Sequence record: PV611058.1
Reading direction: 5' to 3' (one strand)
Length of the DNA stretch: 64,000 nucleotides
The notes below the pieces were generated by a model. The model was not told the origin of the DNA, made no database searches, and saw only the letters and a program-made list of their open reading frames with translations. Every line of letters starts with the position of its first letter. The stretch's first letter is position 1. Made by a program: the position numbers and the translations under genes. Below, piece by piece: positions 38,908 to 48,542 of the stretch.

Positions 38908-39409
38908 CCTTTAATAAATTGATATTTAAATTACTGTTAAATGCCATCTGCAATTCCATATAGAACTGAATAATAGCATAGTCAGGATCAGTACAAGATA
39001 GTTGAAAGCACTGTTCTTCAAATGAATTGTAATTGTACTTAGGAATATTAATAGTACGATATAACTCTGGATAACCCCATATCATAGTGTACACGTCAAT
39101 TTCAGTACACTTTTTCTTAAAAGTCATCTGTCGAATAGTTTCAGATCTGGATTCAAGGTATACAACATTCTTATGAACGGCTGAACCAATTGAAAGCAAT
39201 GATGTATCAATGACGTGTTTCTCACGTATCTCACACTTCTGGAATGCACCATTCCCTTGTAGAAGTTTATGGAAATCGTACTTCTCACTAATAACTGTAC
39301 TAGGATCAATTAATCCAGTACTGCATTTTTTCAGTACTGGTACGATAGTGCGAATCTTTTTTGATAAATCTTGTAATGCATCATAATCATTAATGTTAAT
39401 TTTTCTCAA
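38876..39409 (-). CDS. family A paralog
   Basis: SFEEQCFQLSC. Confidence 0.8.
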   Translation of the reverse strand: MRKININDYDALQDLSKKIRTIVPVLKKCSTGLIDPSTVISEKYDFHKLLQGNGAFQKCEIREKHVIDTSLLSIGSAVHKNVVYLESRSETIRQMTFKKKCTEIDVYTMIWGYPELYRTINIPKYNYNSFEEQCFQLSCTDPDYAIIQFYMELQMAFNSNLNINLLKVDFDEVFKNI

Positions 39410-39852
39410 ACGGATGCCTCTTCTATAGTAACGAAATCAACTAACCTATCAAGTTTTTCAGTGTCTAGATAAAATATATCCAGTACTGACTTCTGATATA
39501 GTACACTAAATGTACATAGATTGTCAAGTGTTCCTTCATTATAAACAGTACTTCCCTGGAAGTACCCTTCTTCTGTACTCAGAGATAAAATATCAGAAAT
39601 TTTAAAAGATTCTTCATTCTCATGACGCTCTATCGTAACTTCATCATATTTTCTGTTCAATGAAATATAATCGTATGCTAATTCAATAGTACTACAGTTG
39701 TTGTTGCTAGTGTCAAATAAAGAATCAATTGTAATCTTCGTGCCATTAGAAACTTCTCTTCGTTCATCATCTACGTATTCAGGATTTTCTTTGAAGAACT
39801 TAACAACTTTTAGAATATCATTTGCTTTCTTGATTGCACTTTCGTAACTCAT
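39406..39852 (-). CDS. family A paralog
   Basis: STEEGYFQGSTVY. Confidence 0.8.
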   Translation of the reverse strand: MSYESAIKKANDILKVVKFFKENPEYVDDERREVSNGTKITIDSLFDTSNNNCSTIELAYDYISLNRKYDEVTIERHENEESFKISDILSLSTEEGYFQGSTVYNEGTLDNLCTFSVLYQKSVLDIFYLDTEKLDRLVDFVTIEEASV

Positions 39853-40292
39853 TTTTTTCTGGACTCCATATATATCACCTGATTTAGTTCATATACATAA
39901 TCTAAATCAATGAATATAGAATTATTAAAGTTCTCTTTCAGGAATGCATTAAAAACTACTAAAGCTCTTAACGCCCCATTTGGGTATATAGTACTGTACT
40001 GGAAGTAAGCATCTTCTGAATTTAAAAATAGTACTTCTTCTTCTGTGAATTCAAAATATTTTCCACCTTCCTCTATATAATAGAAAGTTCCAGAATCCCA
40101 TACGAAGTACTTGAATTCCAAATCATAATCATGGGACTCGTACTTATATTCATTACCTAATCCTAGAATATCTGTACCAACACTTATAGTACTAATATAT
40201 GCCCCTTTATAGTCTAAGTACTTTACATTATTTTGAAAGAACTTTACTATATTAACTAATTCTTCAGCGTGCTTAAGAACACTTTCGTACAT
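39849..40292 (-). CDS. family A paralog
   Basis: NSEDAYFQYSTIY. Confidence 0.8.
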   Translation of the reverse strand: MYESVLKHAEELVNIVKFFQNNVKYLDYKGAYISTISVGTDILGLGNEYKYESHDYDLEFKYFVWDSGTFYYIEEGGKYFEFTEEEVLFLNSEDAYFQYSTIYPNGALRALVVFNAFLKENFNNSIFIDLDYVYELNQVIYMESRKK

Positions 40293-40606
40293 TATATTTC
40301 AATCTCTATATATTTTTGGGTAATTAAGTAATCCCAGTAGTACTTCACTTGTTTTTGTATCTCAAGTAAAGCATAAAAATTAATTCTCTTATCCCATACA
40401 AGTGATTCCTGAAAAATAAATGATTCATGATCATCTCTGTAATCGCATTCAAGGAAGTCAGGAATATAATCACAATCGTGAAGATATTCAATCATTAAAG
40501 ATTCATTACATCTTCTAATGGCAAGGAGCTGGAAATTATCATGATCGAAGAAATACATTAAACTAATTGTACCAGGAATGTACTGAATACTGTATAAGAA
40601 TTTCAT
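40292..40606 (-). CDS. family A paralog
   Basis: HESFIFQESLVWDK. Confidence 0.8.
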   Translation of the reverse strand: MKFLYSIQYIPGTISLMYFFDHDNFQLLAIRRCNESLMIEYLHDCDYIPDFLECDYRDDHESFIFQESLVWDKRINFYALLEIQKQVKYYWDYLITQKYIEIEI

Positions 40607-41046
40607 CGTTTGCCCTTATATGCTTCACGTACATATTCATAATCCAAATAAAATCTTGTACTATCAATACTTTTAAAGTACCACATAATAACTAAAGTAT
40701 CTAGTACTTCATCATCATACAAAGTACTATTCTGAAAGTAATACTCTTCACTATCCCACGGACCTTTCAGTACTTCAAAGTTCAATTTTAAAGGTCTGCT
40801 GCGATTATAAAAACGGATTTCACCACCATAAGCATAACTGATAAATTCTGCATCTGGATTGTATTGTGAAAAATCTGCGGGACTTTTGGAATTCAGCCCA
40901 AGAATAACTGTAGTTGTGGTAAAATCACTATCCTTGTAGTAGTTACCATTCTCGGCTTTGTATACTTCTTCGAACTTCCCAGCCTTGATATCTTCAATAT
41001 ATACCTGTAGTTCTTTTGCTTTATCCAGAGCACTTTGTAATGACAT
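40603..41046 (-). CDS. family A paralog (GPW subfamily)
   Basis: GPWDSEEYYFQNSTLY. Confidence 0.85.
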   Translation of the reverse strand: MSLQSALDKAKELQVYIEDIKAGKFEEVYKAENGNYYKDSDFTTTTVILGLNSKSPADFSQYNPDAEFISYAYGGEIRFYNRSRPLKLNFEVLKGPWDSEEYYFQNSTLYDDEVLDTLVIMWYFKSIDSTRFYLDYEYVREAYKGKR

Positions 41047-41512
41047 TATCTTCCCCTACAGTATTCTCTACGTATTCATAATCGAAATAGAAACTATCAG
41101 AACCAATACTTTTAAAGTACCACATAATTACAATAACATCTAATTCTTCTTCATTGTACACAGTACTGTTCTGGAAGTAATATTCTTCACTATCCCACGG
41201 ACCTTCCAGTACTGAATACGGAATGATTGTGTCATAATCATCGTAATCAGGACTGTAAATTATAATATCTTCATCTCTACAATAACTAATGTACTGATTG
41301 TACATATGATATTCACAGTCATCAGTATCACCCGTATCAGTGTGTAGTACTAACGTTTCTGCACATATCTCTGACTCATCATAATCGTCGCGGTCTTTTA
41401 CAAAAAATTCAGTATCAGATGTTTTATACACACCAGGCACTGAACCTTCTTGTACCATAATCATGTACTCATGAATCTTCTTTGCTTCTTTCAATGCACT
41501 TTCTAATGACAT
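41021..41512 (-). CDS. family A paralog (GPW subfamily)
   Basis: GPWDSEEYYFQNSTVY. Confidence 0.85.
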   Translation of the reverse strand: MSLESALKEAKKIHEYMIMVQEGSVPGVYKTSDTEFFVKDRDDYDESEICAETLVLHTDTGDTDDCEYHMYNQYISYCRDEDIIIYSPDYDDYDTIIPYSVLEGPWDSEEYYFQNSTVYNEEELDVIVIMWYFKSIGSDSFYFDYEYVENTVGEDNVITKCSG

Positions 41513-41514
41513 TA

Positions 41515-41955
41515 CTAATCCCCTGTACTTAAATATTCACATGCTCCCCAGTCAAGGAAGAAGGGTTCAAAATTCAATTCCTTAAAGTACCACAAAACAA
41601 CCAAGGAATCAAGCATTTCTTGGTTAAAAATAAGACTCTGTTGGAAGTAATACTCTTCAGTACCCCACGGCCCATCAAGTACCCCGAAGTCAACAGGTGT
41701 ATTTGATGTGTCAAAAGTAATCTTAGTACCTGGAATATATACAAAGAAACTAGTATATTGACTACATGAAGAGTACTGTATAGTATTGTCTTTATCATGG
41801 CCCATAAGTAAAATATCATCAGAGTATGTCTTTATACCTGATAGATAATACTCATTACCAAATGCACTTACTTTATCACCATAGAAACCACTTTTTATGT
41901 TATCGTGGAAGTGATGTATTTTGTGTGCCAGTTTAAGTGCACTTGCTAAACTCAT
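41515..41955 (-). CDS. family A paralog (GPW subfamily)
   Basis: GPWGTEEYYFQQSLIF. Confidence 0.85.
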   Translation of the reverse strand: MSLASALKLAHKIHHFHDNIKSGFYGDKVSAFGNEYYLSGIKTYSDDILLMGHDKDNTIQYSSCSQYTSFFVYIPGTKITFDTSNTPVDFGVLDGPWGTEEYYFQQSLIFNQEMLDSLVVLWYFKELNFEPFFLDWGACEYLSTGD

Positions 41956-42422
41956 ATATCCTCTTTAATAACTCGTAGTAGATCCAAGTCCAGATAGAAG
42001 CTAGGACAATCGGTATTATTAAAGTACCACAGAATGACAAGCTTGTCAAGCACATATTCCTCGTAGATAGTATTCTGCTGGAAGTAGAACTCTTCACTTC
42101 CCCAGTCATTATCCAGTACTGAATATGGAAGATGTTTCTCTGCTGCACCAGTTATAATGTCAGTATATTGTATTAAAATATCAGCATCACGACAGAAGTA
42201 CATGTAATTATCTTCCAGATTAACATCACACCCAGTGAGTGTTGTTTCAGAAGAATCTAAGTTTTCTTCGTACATGTGAATGTACTCACTACTGTCATCG
42301 TATATCATTCGACAATAAGCTTTACCTTCCTTGAATAGATACCCATTGAGTCGATTGAGTACTATTTCCTTTTTACATAAATCAATTAACTTAGCAATTT
42401 CTAATGCTCTTGCAAAACTCAT
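41952..42422 (-). CDS. family A paralog (GPW subfamily)
   Basis: DWGSEEFYFQQNTIY. Confidence 0.85.
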   Translation of the reverse strand: MSFARALEIAKLIDLCKKEIVLNRLNGYLFKEGKAYCRMIYDDSSEYIHMYEENLDSSETTLTGCDVNLEDNYMYFCRDADILIQYTDIITGAAEKHLPYSVLDNDWGSEEFYFQQNTIYEEYVLDKLVILWYFNNTDCPSFYLDLDLLRVIKEDI

Positions 42423-42423
42423 A

Positions 42424-42609
42424 TCAACTCCTGTGTTGTGTCTTGATATAATCTCGGTAAACCATGTGAATATTAGCTATATACAATTCACTAATATCAT
42501 ATGTACCGAAGTACATGTCATTCCTAATGCTGTTGTTATGTCTAATATCAATTACGAATCGTCGAAGTATTGTATTCATGAATGATTCCATTTGTTCTTT
42601 TTTATTCAT
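42424..42609 (-). CDS. hypothetical protein
   Basis: 61 aa filling operon gap. Confidence 0.6.
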   Translation of the reverse strand: MNKKEQMESFMNTILRRFVIDIRHNNSIRNDMYFGTYDISELYIANIHMVYRDYIKTQHRS

Positions 42610-43022
42610 AGCTTAAAACGATACCTATCTTTGGAATCAGTCTCTATACAGATTCTTCTATATTCTTTCATCTTCTGTTGGAGTTCAATAACTTCCTCTA
42701 GTGTACACAAGTACTTCTTGTCAAATATTAATGACTCTTGAAATATTTCAGCCTCACCCTGTACAGTTGTATAGTCTTTCATATTTTCTACAACTGTTCC
42801 TTTGGCCTGATAATCAATGAAGCTAAAGTAAGAACCATTAAATTTAATGTACTGATCCATTTTGTGTTCATAATCACCTTTGTTAAGATTGCAATACACT
42901 TCCAGTGAAGTACTAATCTTAGGTATAAACATAGAAAAATCATATTCCATATTACTCACCTGTATTGAAATAATAATTACTTGTTGTTGGTGTAGATGTA
43001 TCAAAGGTGTTTTCTTTAACAT
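42606..43022 (-). CDS. family A paralog (CNL.KGD subfamily)
   Basis: EAEIFQESLIFDKKY; true start probably MEYDF. Confidence 0.8.
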   Translation of the reverse strand: MLKKTPLIHLHQQQVIIISIQVSNMEYDFSMFIPKISTSLEVYCNLNKGDYEHKMDQYIKFNGSYFSFIDYQAKGTVVENMKDYTTVQGEAEIFQESLIFDKKYLCTLEEVIELQQKMKEYRRICIETDSKDRYRFKL

Positions 43023-43317
43023 ATCTCTTCATTTCATTTTGTATAAAAATCATATCTTCTATTGTACATGAGTACTTATTCTTGTCAAACACCAAAGAAG
43101 CTTGAAATAGTTCAACATCATCCAGTACTGTATAATCTGTAATACTTTCAGAGTTATAGTCGAAGTCATCATGCAATACATCAATGAAATTAAAACACAA
43201 ATCCGAGTACTGAATATATAAACTCAACTCATGTTCCGAATCACCCTTGACAAGATTACAGCACAAATCCCACCCCGTTCTGGACTTACAAACGTACATT
43301 GAATAATCATATGTCAT
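42952..43317 (-). CDS. family A paralog (CNL.KGD subfamily)
   Basis: DDVELFQASLVFDK. Confidence 0.8.
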   Translation of the reverse strand: MTYDYSMYVCKSRTGWDLCCNLVKGDSEHELSLYIQYSDLCFNFIDVLHDDFDYNSESITDYTVLDDVELFQASLVFDKNKYSCTIEDMIFIQNEMKRYVKENTFDTSTPTTSNYYFNTGE

Positions 43318-43673
43318 TCTGGTATTCCTATATTGAATTTGTATTCTTGATTAATACTGACATTGCCTTTATTCAAAGAGTCATACTCTTTCATTTCATT
43401 TTGTATTGCAATAACTTCTTCAAATGTACACAAGTACTTCTTATCAAATACTAATGACTCCTGAAATAGTTCAGCGGCATCCATTACTGTATAATCCGGC
43501 ATATCCTGATGTGGATACTGTAATGAATTGTAATCAATGAATGTAAATTTACCCTGAGTGAAATGAATATACTCATTTGCACTGTGCATCAAATCACCTT
43601 TGTTTAAATTACAAAAGTACTGATAACTGTGCTTGAAAGTATGTACTGATATTAAAAAATCAAATTCCATCAC
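43314..43673 (-). CDS. family A paralog (CNL.KGD subfamily)
   Basis: DAAELFQESLVFDKKY. Confidence 0.8.
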   Translation of the reverse strand: MMEFDFLISVHTFKHSYQYFCNLNKGDLMHSANEYIHFTQGKFTFIDYNSLQYPHQDMPDYTVMDAAELFQESLVFDKKYLCTFEEVIAIQNEMKEYDSLNKGNVSINQEYKFNIGIPE

Positions 43674-44095
43674 TCTTCTCCTAGATTAAAAAATTTCCAG
43701 AAATCAACTTCACCAGTACTGCACCAGATATCTATACATTCCTTGTGAATACATTTAATTCTATGCTGGATTTCAACCATCTCTTCTAATGTACAGATGT
43801 ACTTCTTATCAAATACTAATGCCTCCTGAAACAGTGCAGCATCATCAAGTACTGTATAGTCCTGCATCTCGATAGATATCCCATGAAACCCAGTACTAAA
43901 ATCCATCAAATAAAAGTCAGCATTCCAGTACTTTAAAATCTTGTCCCTGGCGTAGTTTAAATCACCCTTGTATAAGTTACAATGCGTAACTAACTCACCA
44001 GTGTACATGAATGTCCTTGCACAAAATTCATTATATTTTATTTGCATCTTCATTTCAATCGTAATCTCTACTATAATTAATAAGGTAAACGCCAA
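43670..44095 (-). CDS. family A paralog (CNL.KGD subfamily)
   Basis: DDAALFQEALVFDKKY; true start probably internal (MKMQIK). Confidence 0.8.
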   Translation of the reverse strand: MAFTLLIIVEITIEMKMQIKYNEFCARTFMYTGELVTHCNLYKGDLNYARDKILKYWNADFYLMDFSTGFHGISIEMQDYTVLDDAALFQEALVFDKKYICTLEEMVEIQHRIKCIHKECIDIWCSTGEVDFWKFFNLGEE

Positions 44096-44144
44096 TATAA
44101 GGAGAACGTTTGCGGCGGGGTATTTTTTGTTTCAGGAAACATGA

Positions 44145-44221
44145 NNNNNNNNNNNNNNNNNNNNNNNNNNNNNNNNNNNNNNNNNNNNNNNNNNNNNNNN
44201 NNNNNNNNNNNNNNNNNNNNN
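44145..44221. other. assembly gap (77 N)
   Basis: run of N flanked by GC-rich GCGGCGGGG and C9 tracts. Confidence 0.99.
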
Positions 44222-44257
44222 ACCCCCCCCCCAGCGGCCTGTAAAAATGAAACGTCT

Positions 44258-44482
44258 CTATTTATTCAGCCTAGAAAGCTTGATTTCTTCAATCCTTTTC
44301 ATCGCACAAAGCCTTCGACTCGTCTTCTCGTATATATTCAATACTCGTTGTACTGCATTATCTGCATCATCTGCAACTGCAATCTGAACCAAATATGTAT
44401 CCTTCAAAATCGAATCCATCATGTATTCAAAACCTTTCACACTAAAGCAATATACCACTTCCGGCTCTTCAAACGTAATCAT
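44258..44482 (-). CDS. hypothetical protein
   Basis: 74 aa. Confidence 0.7.
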   Translation of the reverse strand: MITFEEPEVVYCFSVKGFEYMMDSILKDTYLVQIAVADDADNAVQRVLNIYEKTSRRLCAMKRIEEIKLSRLNK

Positions 44483-44672
44483 AATTCCAATCCCCTATCC
44501 CATCTAACCTTCTAAGATATCTTGCGTAAATTATTTCGAAATATCTGTGCAACGAAATTACGGATTGCTCATAATCATCATTCCTGTACATTGTGCATGT
44601 AAGAAAATCATTTAAACCGTAATCTAAACTGCACTTGAACTTCTCCTTTGCAACATCTCTAAAATTATCCAT
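44469..44672 (-). CDS. hypothetical protein
   Basis: 67 aa. Confidence 0.65.
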   Translation of the reverse strand: MDNFRDVAKEKFKCSLDYGLNDFLTCTMYRNDDYEQSVISLHRYFEIIYARYLRRLDGIGDWNYDYV

Positions 44673-44826
44673 AATATGTCCTCTGCACAGCGTAGGTGTA
44701 CTGTGAACTCAGCACCGTTAATAGGTAATCTATGTTGTAAGCACGATTTCCTCGTTGACTAGCATGACTAGAATAAAGAATATTATCCACATATGTATCG
44801 AACTGTTCTTCAAATAACTCTTTCAT
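44665..44826 (-). CDS. 53 aa hypothetical protein (not in ORF track)
   Basis: manual translation MKELFEEQFDTYVDNILYSSHASQRGNRAYNIDYLLTVLSSQYTYAVQRTYYG; fills operon gap. Confidence 0.6.
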   Translation of the reverse strand: MKELFEEQFDTYVDNILYSSHASQRGNRAYNIDYLLTVLSSQYTYAVQRTYYG

Positions 44827-44835
44827 CAGCACCCT

Positions 44836-45462
44836 TTAGCACCCTTTAACAACTTTTGAAATGTAATCTTCTAATGCACCAATGTTCTTTGTATTCGTTC
44901 GAACTAAAAGATAACTTAAATTCTCGAACTCCTGAACATAATGCTTAACAGCGTACATGCATCGTAATTCAAAATCTGTATGAACCGTTTTGTACTGAAA
45001 TAACATCTCTTCTGAAGCATCTAAAAGCTCTGTAGCTTGTTCTGTACTGAACTTAAAGGGATTCTGTACTCCTGAACTAAAACACTTTTGTTCGTTCGTC
45101 TGGACACCCTGTGATAGATATAATCCTGTGCTACCATCTTGTGTTGATATCGAATTGAAACCATTACTTGCAACCATTAAATCTGAACTCAATACAAATA
45201 ATAATTTATCTTCCTTATGAATTAATAAATCTGACTTCAGGGATTTTATTCCTGTACTGGTTATATCACCTATACTAAGATTGTCACTGAACTTCTCAGC
45301 GTTGTTCGCAATGCTCTGGACAAGATTTTTTAATCTCTTAATGGCACTTCTGTCTTTTTCTAATGTATCTAATAAACTCATTGAACTCATTGTACTTTCC
45401 TTACATATTTGTACCGAACAAAACGGAACTTTGAATGCCATTAATCGACACTTCATGTACAT
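44836..45462 (-). CDS. family A paralog
   Basis: ASEEMLFQYKTVH; true start probably MSSMSL. Confidence 0.8.
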   Translation of the reverse strand: MYMKCRLMAFKVPFCSVQICKESTMSSMSLLDTLEKDRSAIKRLKNLVQSIANNAEKFSDNLSIGDITSTGIKSLKSDLLIHKEDKLLFVLSSDLMVASNGFNSISTQDGSTGLYLSQGVQTNEQKCFSSGVQNPFKFSTEQATELLDASEEMLFQYKTVHTDFELRCMYAVKHYVQEFENLSYLLVRTNTKNIGALEDYISKVVKGC

Positions 45463-45745
45463 ATATATTTTGTCTGAATACCTGAAGCAATTGAACTAAA
45501 CTCTGTTGCATAATAATATGCATCGCTAAATTATCAAAGGCCGTTTCGTGTTGGAATCGTGCAGCTTCATCTTCTATGAAATTCGGAACTTGGACTGGAT
45601 TCTCAAAATTTGTCCTTGTACTGAACTGTACATCATTGTCCTGTACCTTAATACCATATGAATTATCATTGTTATCAACTACATCAAATTCAATTAAACT
45701 ACCATCTTTACTGACGTTTACTATATAAACTGAAAATCTACTCAT
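45401..45745 (-). CDS. family A paralog
   Basis: EDEAARFQHETAFD. Confidence 0.8.
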   Translation of the reverse strand: MSRFSVYIVNVSKDGSLIEFDVVDNNDNSYGIKVQDNDVQFSTRTNFENPVQVPNFIEDEAARFQHETAFDNLAMHIIMQQSLVQLLQVFRQNIYVHEVSINGIQSSVLFGTNM

Positions 45746-46260
45746 AATCCTATTTCCTTTAAATCTTCCAAAAATGTTTCATAATCACTTAAGGAAAAAA
45801 AGATATCCGTATCGATGTTCGCATCTAATACATTATACAAATTCTGCATCTGTAACACATCAGGAGCATCAATCAATGATTGCTGAAAATAGGCAGCTTC
45901 ATCTTCTAAAATATCCCTGAATGATCTCTCTCGTACTCTGTGGTGTACTGAATTGAATATTGTTTTCTCATCCTTAAGCATTGGTAGGTATCGAATGTAC
46001 ATGTGTTCTCTTAGATCAGGACTGATGGAACCCCTGAACTGTAACACGTATTCGAAGCACATAGCAACATCCTGAAGGTAATTGGCACTGTAATTATTGC
46101 TGTAAACAATCTTATGACTTCTGAACTCATCATCATTTCTGAACCAATTGTCACCTACTCTGGTGTACTTATGACTAAGCAATCCACCCTCTAACGCTTT
46201 GATGATCTTCAAAATGTTGTGTGCAAATGCATATGATGTATTGTACTTGGCCTGATACAT
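45742..46260 (-). CDS. family A paralog
   Basis: EDEAAYFQQSLID; start MYQAKY after SD GAGG and promoter. Confidence 0.8.
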   Translation of the reverse strand: MYQAKYNTSYAFAHNILKIIKALEGGLLSHKYTRVGDNWFRNDDEFRSHKIVYSNNYSANYLQDVAMCFEYVLQFRGSISPDLREHMYIRYLPMLKDEKTIFNSVHHRVRERSFRDILEDEAAYFQQSLIDAPDVLQMQNLYNVLDANIDTDIFFSLSDYETFLEDLKEIGL

Positions 46261-46273
46261 GTGTGCCTCAACC

Positions 46274-46468
46274 TTATCTTGTGTTAAAATATTCACTGAA
46301 ATGATTATAACACAAAAGCACCACGATGTTAAGCACTCTGTTGTCAAAATCATCTTGTGATGTAGGATGCAAGGACGCATTGATGTTAAAATTCACTATA
46401 TCATTGTGGAATTGGTATGTGAACAAATCAAACTTCGTATGCCTTTGTTTGATATCATAGGCGGTCAT
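46274..46468 (-). CDS. hypothetical protein
   Basis: 64 aa starting right after upstream stop. Confidence 0.5.
   Translation of the reverse strand: MTAYDIKQRHTKFDLFTYQFHNDIVNFNINASLHPTSQDDFDNRVLNIVVLLCYNHFSEYFNTR
46304..46332 (-). promoter_or_regulatory. sigma70-like promoter
   Basis: TTAACA-17nt-TATAAT with TGn. Confidence 0.7.
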
Positions 46469-46469
46469 A

Positions 46470-47078
46470 TTATATATTCAACCCTTTAACAATGGAAATA
46501 AATTCTTTGTAAACATTTTCAGGTAAAGCTCTACTACCATAAAGAACACTAAATTCAGGTAACATATCCGAAATCTCTTTCGCTAAATTTATTTCATCCC
46601 TGAACATTTGCACAGGCATGATATCCTGTACCAATGATAACTGAAAGAAAAATGATTCAATATCTTCATGAACCTCTGAATTTAAATAAATCTCTTCTGG
46701 AAACTGGGCTGTACTGTAATAATAAAATACATCAATTCTTTTTTCATTATTTTGTACAAGAGGTAAATTTCTTTCGTCTCTCTTATTAATATTTGTTTTC
46801 CATGACTCAATGTTATTCGGAACCCAAAACTCATAAGGTGTCTTCTCTCCTGAAATATTATCCAGCTTCAATCCATAATATTCACTTTCGCCGTACTTTT
46901 GCTTCAAAACAATACCTGTACTACTGATGTTTACAATGTACGTATCAACAATCCCTTCTGTGGTAAAAGGAATATTTAACTCTGAACCTTCAGGGTACTT
47001 AGCATTGAATGAATCTAATGCTTTACTTAGCACTGGGATTGCACTTGTACTGTACTTCATTAATTGATCTATGTTCAT
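46470..47078 (-). CDS. family A paralog
   Basis: IESFFFQLSLVQD. Confidence 0.8.
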   Translation of the reverse strand: MNIDQLMKYSTSAIPVLSKALDSFNAKYPEGSELNIPFTTEGIVDTYIVNISSTGIVLKQKYGESEYYGLKLDNISGEKTPYEFWVPNNIESWKTNINKRDERNLPLVQNNEKRIDVFYYYSTAQFPEEIYLNSEVHEDIESFFFQLSLVQDIMPVQMFRDEINLAKEISDMLPEFSVLYGSRALPENVYKEFISIVKGLNI

Positions 47079-47650
47079 TTTAATTCCCCTGTAATCACTG
47101 CATTTACTGCACTTGATGCAAATAAACTGATATTTGAACGATACATATCGTACACTGTACTTTCTTTCTTGTGCACAATGAAATCATAAAGATCGACGAA
47201 TGCAGGAATAATAATCTTGAATGATTTATTTGGGTACGTCCCAAAATCAACTGTACTCAATTTTGCAACGAGCATAACAACAAAGATTTCTTCTGGACTA
47301 TGCAATGTACTGTACTGAAAATATTCCTCAGCACTCATGGCACTTATTGCATTTATATCTTGTGTTTGTAATGTAATATTAAGATATTCAAAAATAGAAT
47401 AAAACTCTGATTTTGTTTGTATTTTGTATTTGTCAATTGGGGTATCTCTCATGAACCATAAACGATCTTGTCCATAAAAAGGAATGATTGAATTTGGGGA
47501 AGCCAGAAATACTTCTTCTCTATCAATATCCTTTAACTCAATTTGCATACCGGATGAATTGGCAATAATTAATTCATGAAAAATATAATGAACCTTGTGT
47601 ACCATCTCTTGTACTGAATTGAAATCATCTGGTATTTTAAAATTTTCCAT
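47075..47650 (-). CDS. family A paralog
   Basis: SAEEYFQYSTLH. Confidence 0.8.
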   Translation of the reverse strand: MENFKIPDDFNSVQEMVHKVHYIFHELIIANSSGMQIELKDIDREEVFLASPNSIIPFYGQDRLWFMRDTPIDKYKIQTKSEFYSIFEYLNITLQTQDINAISAMSAEEYFQYSTLHSPEEIFVVMLVAKLSTVDFGTYPNKSFKIIIPAFVDLYDFIVHKKESTVYDMYRSNISLFASSAVNAVITGELK

Positions 47651-47677
47651 AGGTATCTCCTTAAAAAATGATTACAC

Positions 47678-47706
47678 ATTGTACCATGCATTTGTACTTG
47701 TGTCAA
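47678..47706 (-). promoter_or_regulatory. sigma70-like promoter
   Basis: TTGACA-17nt-TACAAT with TGn. Confidence 0.75.
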
Positions 47707-47708
47707 AC

Positions 47709-47739
47709 AAAAAAAGCCCATATCTTACGATACAGGCAT
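47709..47739 (-). terminator. intrinsic terminator
   Basis: GCCTGTATC-GTAA-GATATGGGC followed by T-run. Confidence 0.8.
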
Positions 47740-48222
47740 GTTTATTTGAATTTCATTGTACAAATCATCAATATATAGACATGAAAACGATAAACTTTCT
47801 TTAACTATATTGTTGTGATAAAGCATTTTAAATGCAATATAGAAAAATAAATCAATATCATCATGTACTAAATTCTGCTGGAACCACCACTCTTCTGTTA
47901 AATCTTGTGCATTAAAATCATCAGGAACTACAATTGACGACATATCAGCATCTTCTTTGTACTCAAACCACATGTCGTCATTTGGATAACGTTCATGCTT
48001 CTCTGGGTAACAATTGCTGGGATTAAATGCTAAAATATAAAATGCCGTCGCAGAATGTTCTTTATTATAAAATGAATTATTCCACACCTGATACCTTTCA
48101 CCAACATCAAACTCTTTTGATACTGATGTTATTGCACATAATGTACGATATATTGTTTCTATTTTGTGAACAAATTTAAAGGCTGCATCTAAACTGAACT
48201 CTAAATCAGACATGCGGTGCAT
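47725..48222 (-). CDS. family A paralog
   Basis: LTEEWWFQQNLVHD. Confidence 0.8.
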   Translation of the reverse strand: MHRMSDLEFSLDAAFKFVHKIETIYRTLCAITSVSKEFDVGERYQVWNNSFYNKEHSATAFYILAFNPSNCYPEKHERYPNDDMWFEYKEDADMSSIVVPDDFNAQDLTEEWWFQQNLVHDDIDLFFYIAFKMLYHNNIVKESLSFSCLYIDDLYNEIQINMPVS

Positions 48223-48542
48223 AAAATTACCTCAACTAAAATAAGAACGGTATTGAATTCGATGCAACCTTTGATACCTTGATTGTACATGTACTTTGCT
48301 ACTACATATTTCTGTACTAAATTATAATTATTAAATTCCTCAAAATTGTAATTTAGAATGAAATTTGTACTCAAAAATAACTTATGCATCTCTAATGCAC
48401 TCTGATAATATTTGTACAACTCACTGATATCAATACTTTGTAAATCACTTTGTTCATATGTATGATAAGGAATGGCGTCAATTTCAATATTATTAAACCA
48501 TTCTCTTAACTTCTTAATATCAAATGTATTATTCAGCTTCAT
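48201..48542 (-). CDS. hypothetical protein
   Basis: 113 aa in operon. Confidence 0.65.
   Translation of the reverse strand: MKLNNTFDIKKLREWFNNIEIDAIPYHTYEQSDLQSIDISELYKYYQSALEMHKLFLSTNFILNYNFEEFNNYNLVQKYVVAKYMYNQGIKGCIEFNTVLILVEVILCTACLI

Noticed and set aside
44141-44515. 124 aa ORF with X run
   Set aside because: Artefact spanning the N gap, antisense to real genes.
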